DNA from: an uncultured Actinomycetes bacterium | GTDB taxonomy: Bacteria; Actinomycetota; Thermoleophilia; UBA2241 | NCBI GenBank assembly: GCA_963755025.1 | Contig: CAVWIH010000022.1 | Location: forward strand, 1-26,632 | Reading direction: 5' to 3' | Length of the DNA stretch: 26,632 bases | Shown: positions 26,124 through 26,632 of the stretch, piece after piece | Position numbering within the stretch: position 1 is the stretch's first letter | How the letters are laid out: every line of letters begins with the position of its first letter | Translations under genes and position numbers: made by a program | The notes under the pieces: generated by a model | The model's database searches: none | Told to the model about the DNA's origin: nothing | The model's input: the letters and a program-made list of their open reading frames with translations, nothing else

Positions 26124-26610
26124 TTAGCCCGCCAGCAGCTGGCGCGTTACTTTGTCGGGGAAGCCCAGCGGCCGCAGAGGACGAACCGGCGTGTGAGCAA
26201 GCTCAATGGCTACCTGGACCAAGTCGAGATCCGCTTGGCCGTGCAACTGCCATCTCAGCATGTCGGCGAAGTCGTTCAGGGTGCCCAGGTGGGAGCGGCT
26301 GTTGGTCTTGGCGATCACCGCCTCGCGGCTGACCTCAAGCTCGCGCTGGATGGCGGCTGCCGAGATGCCAAGGCCCCAGAGAACCTTCATCAAGGCGTCG
26401 GGGAAGTTTTCGGCCAGGTGTTTCAGGTCGCGGCCCGCCATGAGCACCGGCAGGCGGGAGCGTTCGCTGATTAGAAGTACGAAACGTTGATGGCCGAGTG
26501 CCAGCGGACATGCGTACCAGTCGCCTAGGGCGTATTGTCGCGGGCTCAGTGACATCCTGAGACGCACCGACACGCGCCAGCAGCTTCGCGGTACAGCGTA
26601 GCGCAACCAT
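26124..26610 (-). pseudogene. DUF6933-like protein with one +1 frameshift (~26532-26535; possibly an error)
   Basis: MVALRCTAKLL in one frame joins ALGDWYA...LLISERSRLPV...KTNSRSHLGTLND in another; span 487 = 162 codons + 1. Confidence 0.7.
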
Positions 26611-26632
26611 CTTCAGCCGGCCGCGGCGCGCA

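Larger units (their letters stand above)
12850..26632. mobile_element. Probable accessory region/genomic island; boundaries uncertain, extends past the window
   Basis: Visible drop in GC and more A/T-ending codons after ~12850, long intergenic gaps, unrelated genes in mixed orientation, an integrase and a gene remnant. Confidence 0.5.

Overview
Very GC-rich bacterial DNA. Gene content (murI-rph-rdgB cluster, MMPL exporter, apparent leaderless starts, a Zn-ribbon family I associate with Thermoleophilia) suggests an actinomycete, probably class Thermoleophilia; this is inference. The left half (1-~12850) looks like core genome: MgtE-type CBS protein plus Nramp-related (NRMT-type) transporter; a reverse operon murI-queT-rph-rdgB-CDF; a Zn-ribbon protein; EamA, LapA-like and GyrI-like genes; an unusual Fic + nucleotidyltransferase fusion; and a frameshifted non-pyrrolysine MttB-family methyltransferase with a divergent XRE-cupin regulator. 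The right half (~12850-end) looks less GC-extreme and patchier, like accessory DNA: YdeI/OmpD, an MMPL with a ~200 aa coiled-coil insert, an 890 bp non-coding stretch with att-like features, a secreted S55 peptidase, a PLP decarboxylase, a tyrosine integrase with a Zn-ribbon in its arm-binding region, a GNAT, a sigma-70 region-4 remnant, a STAS protein and a DUF6933-like gene. Four single-base frameshifts in otherwise intact genes suggest sequencing or assembly errors, which tempers all single-residue observations. No complete tRNA, rRNA or CRISPR array was found. Best novelty candidates are the Fic-NTase fusion, the Zn-ribbon integrase with a possible degenerate selC-derived att site, and the coiled-coil MMPL. 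All family calls come from motif recognition, not database searches.
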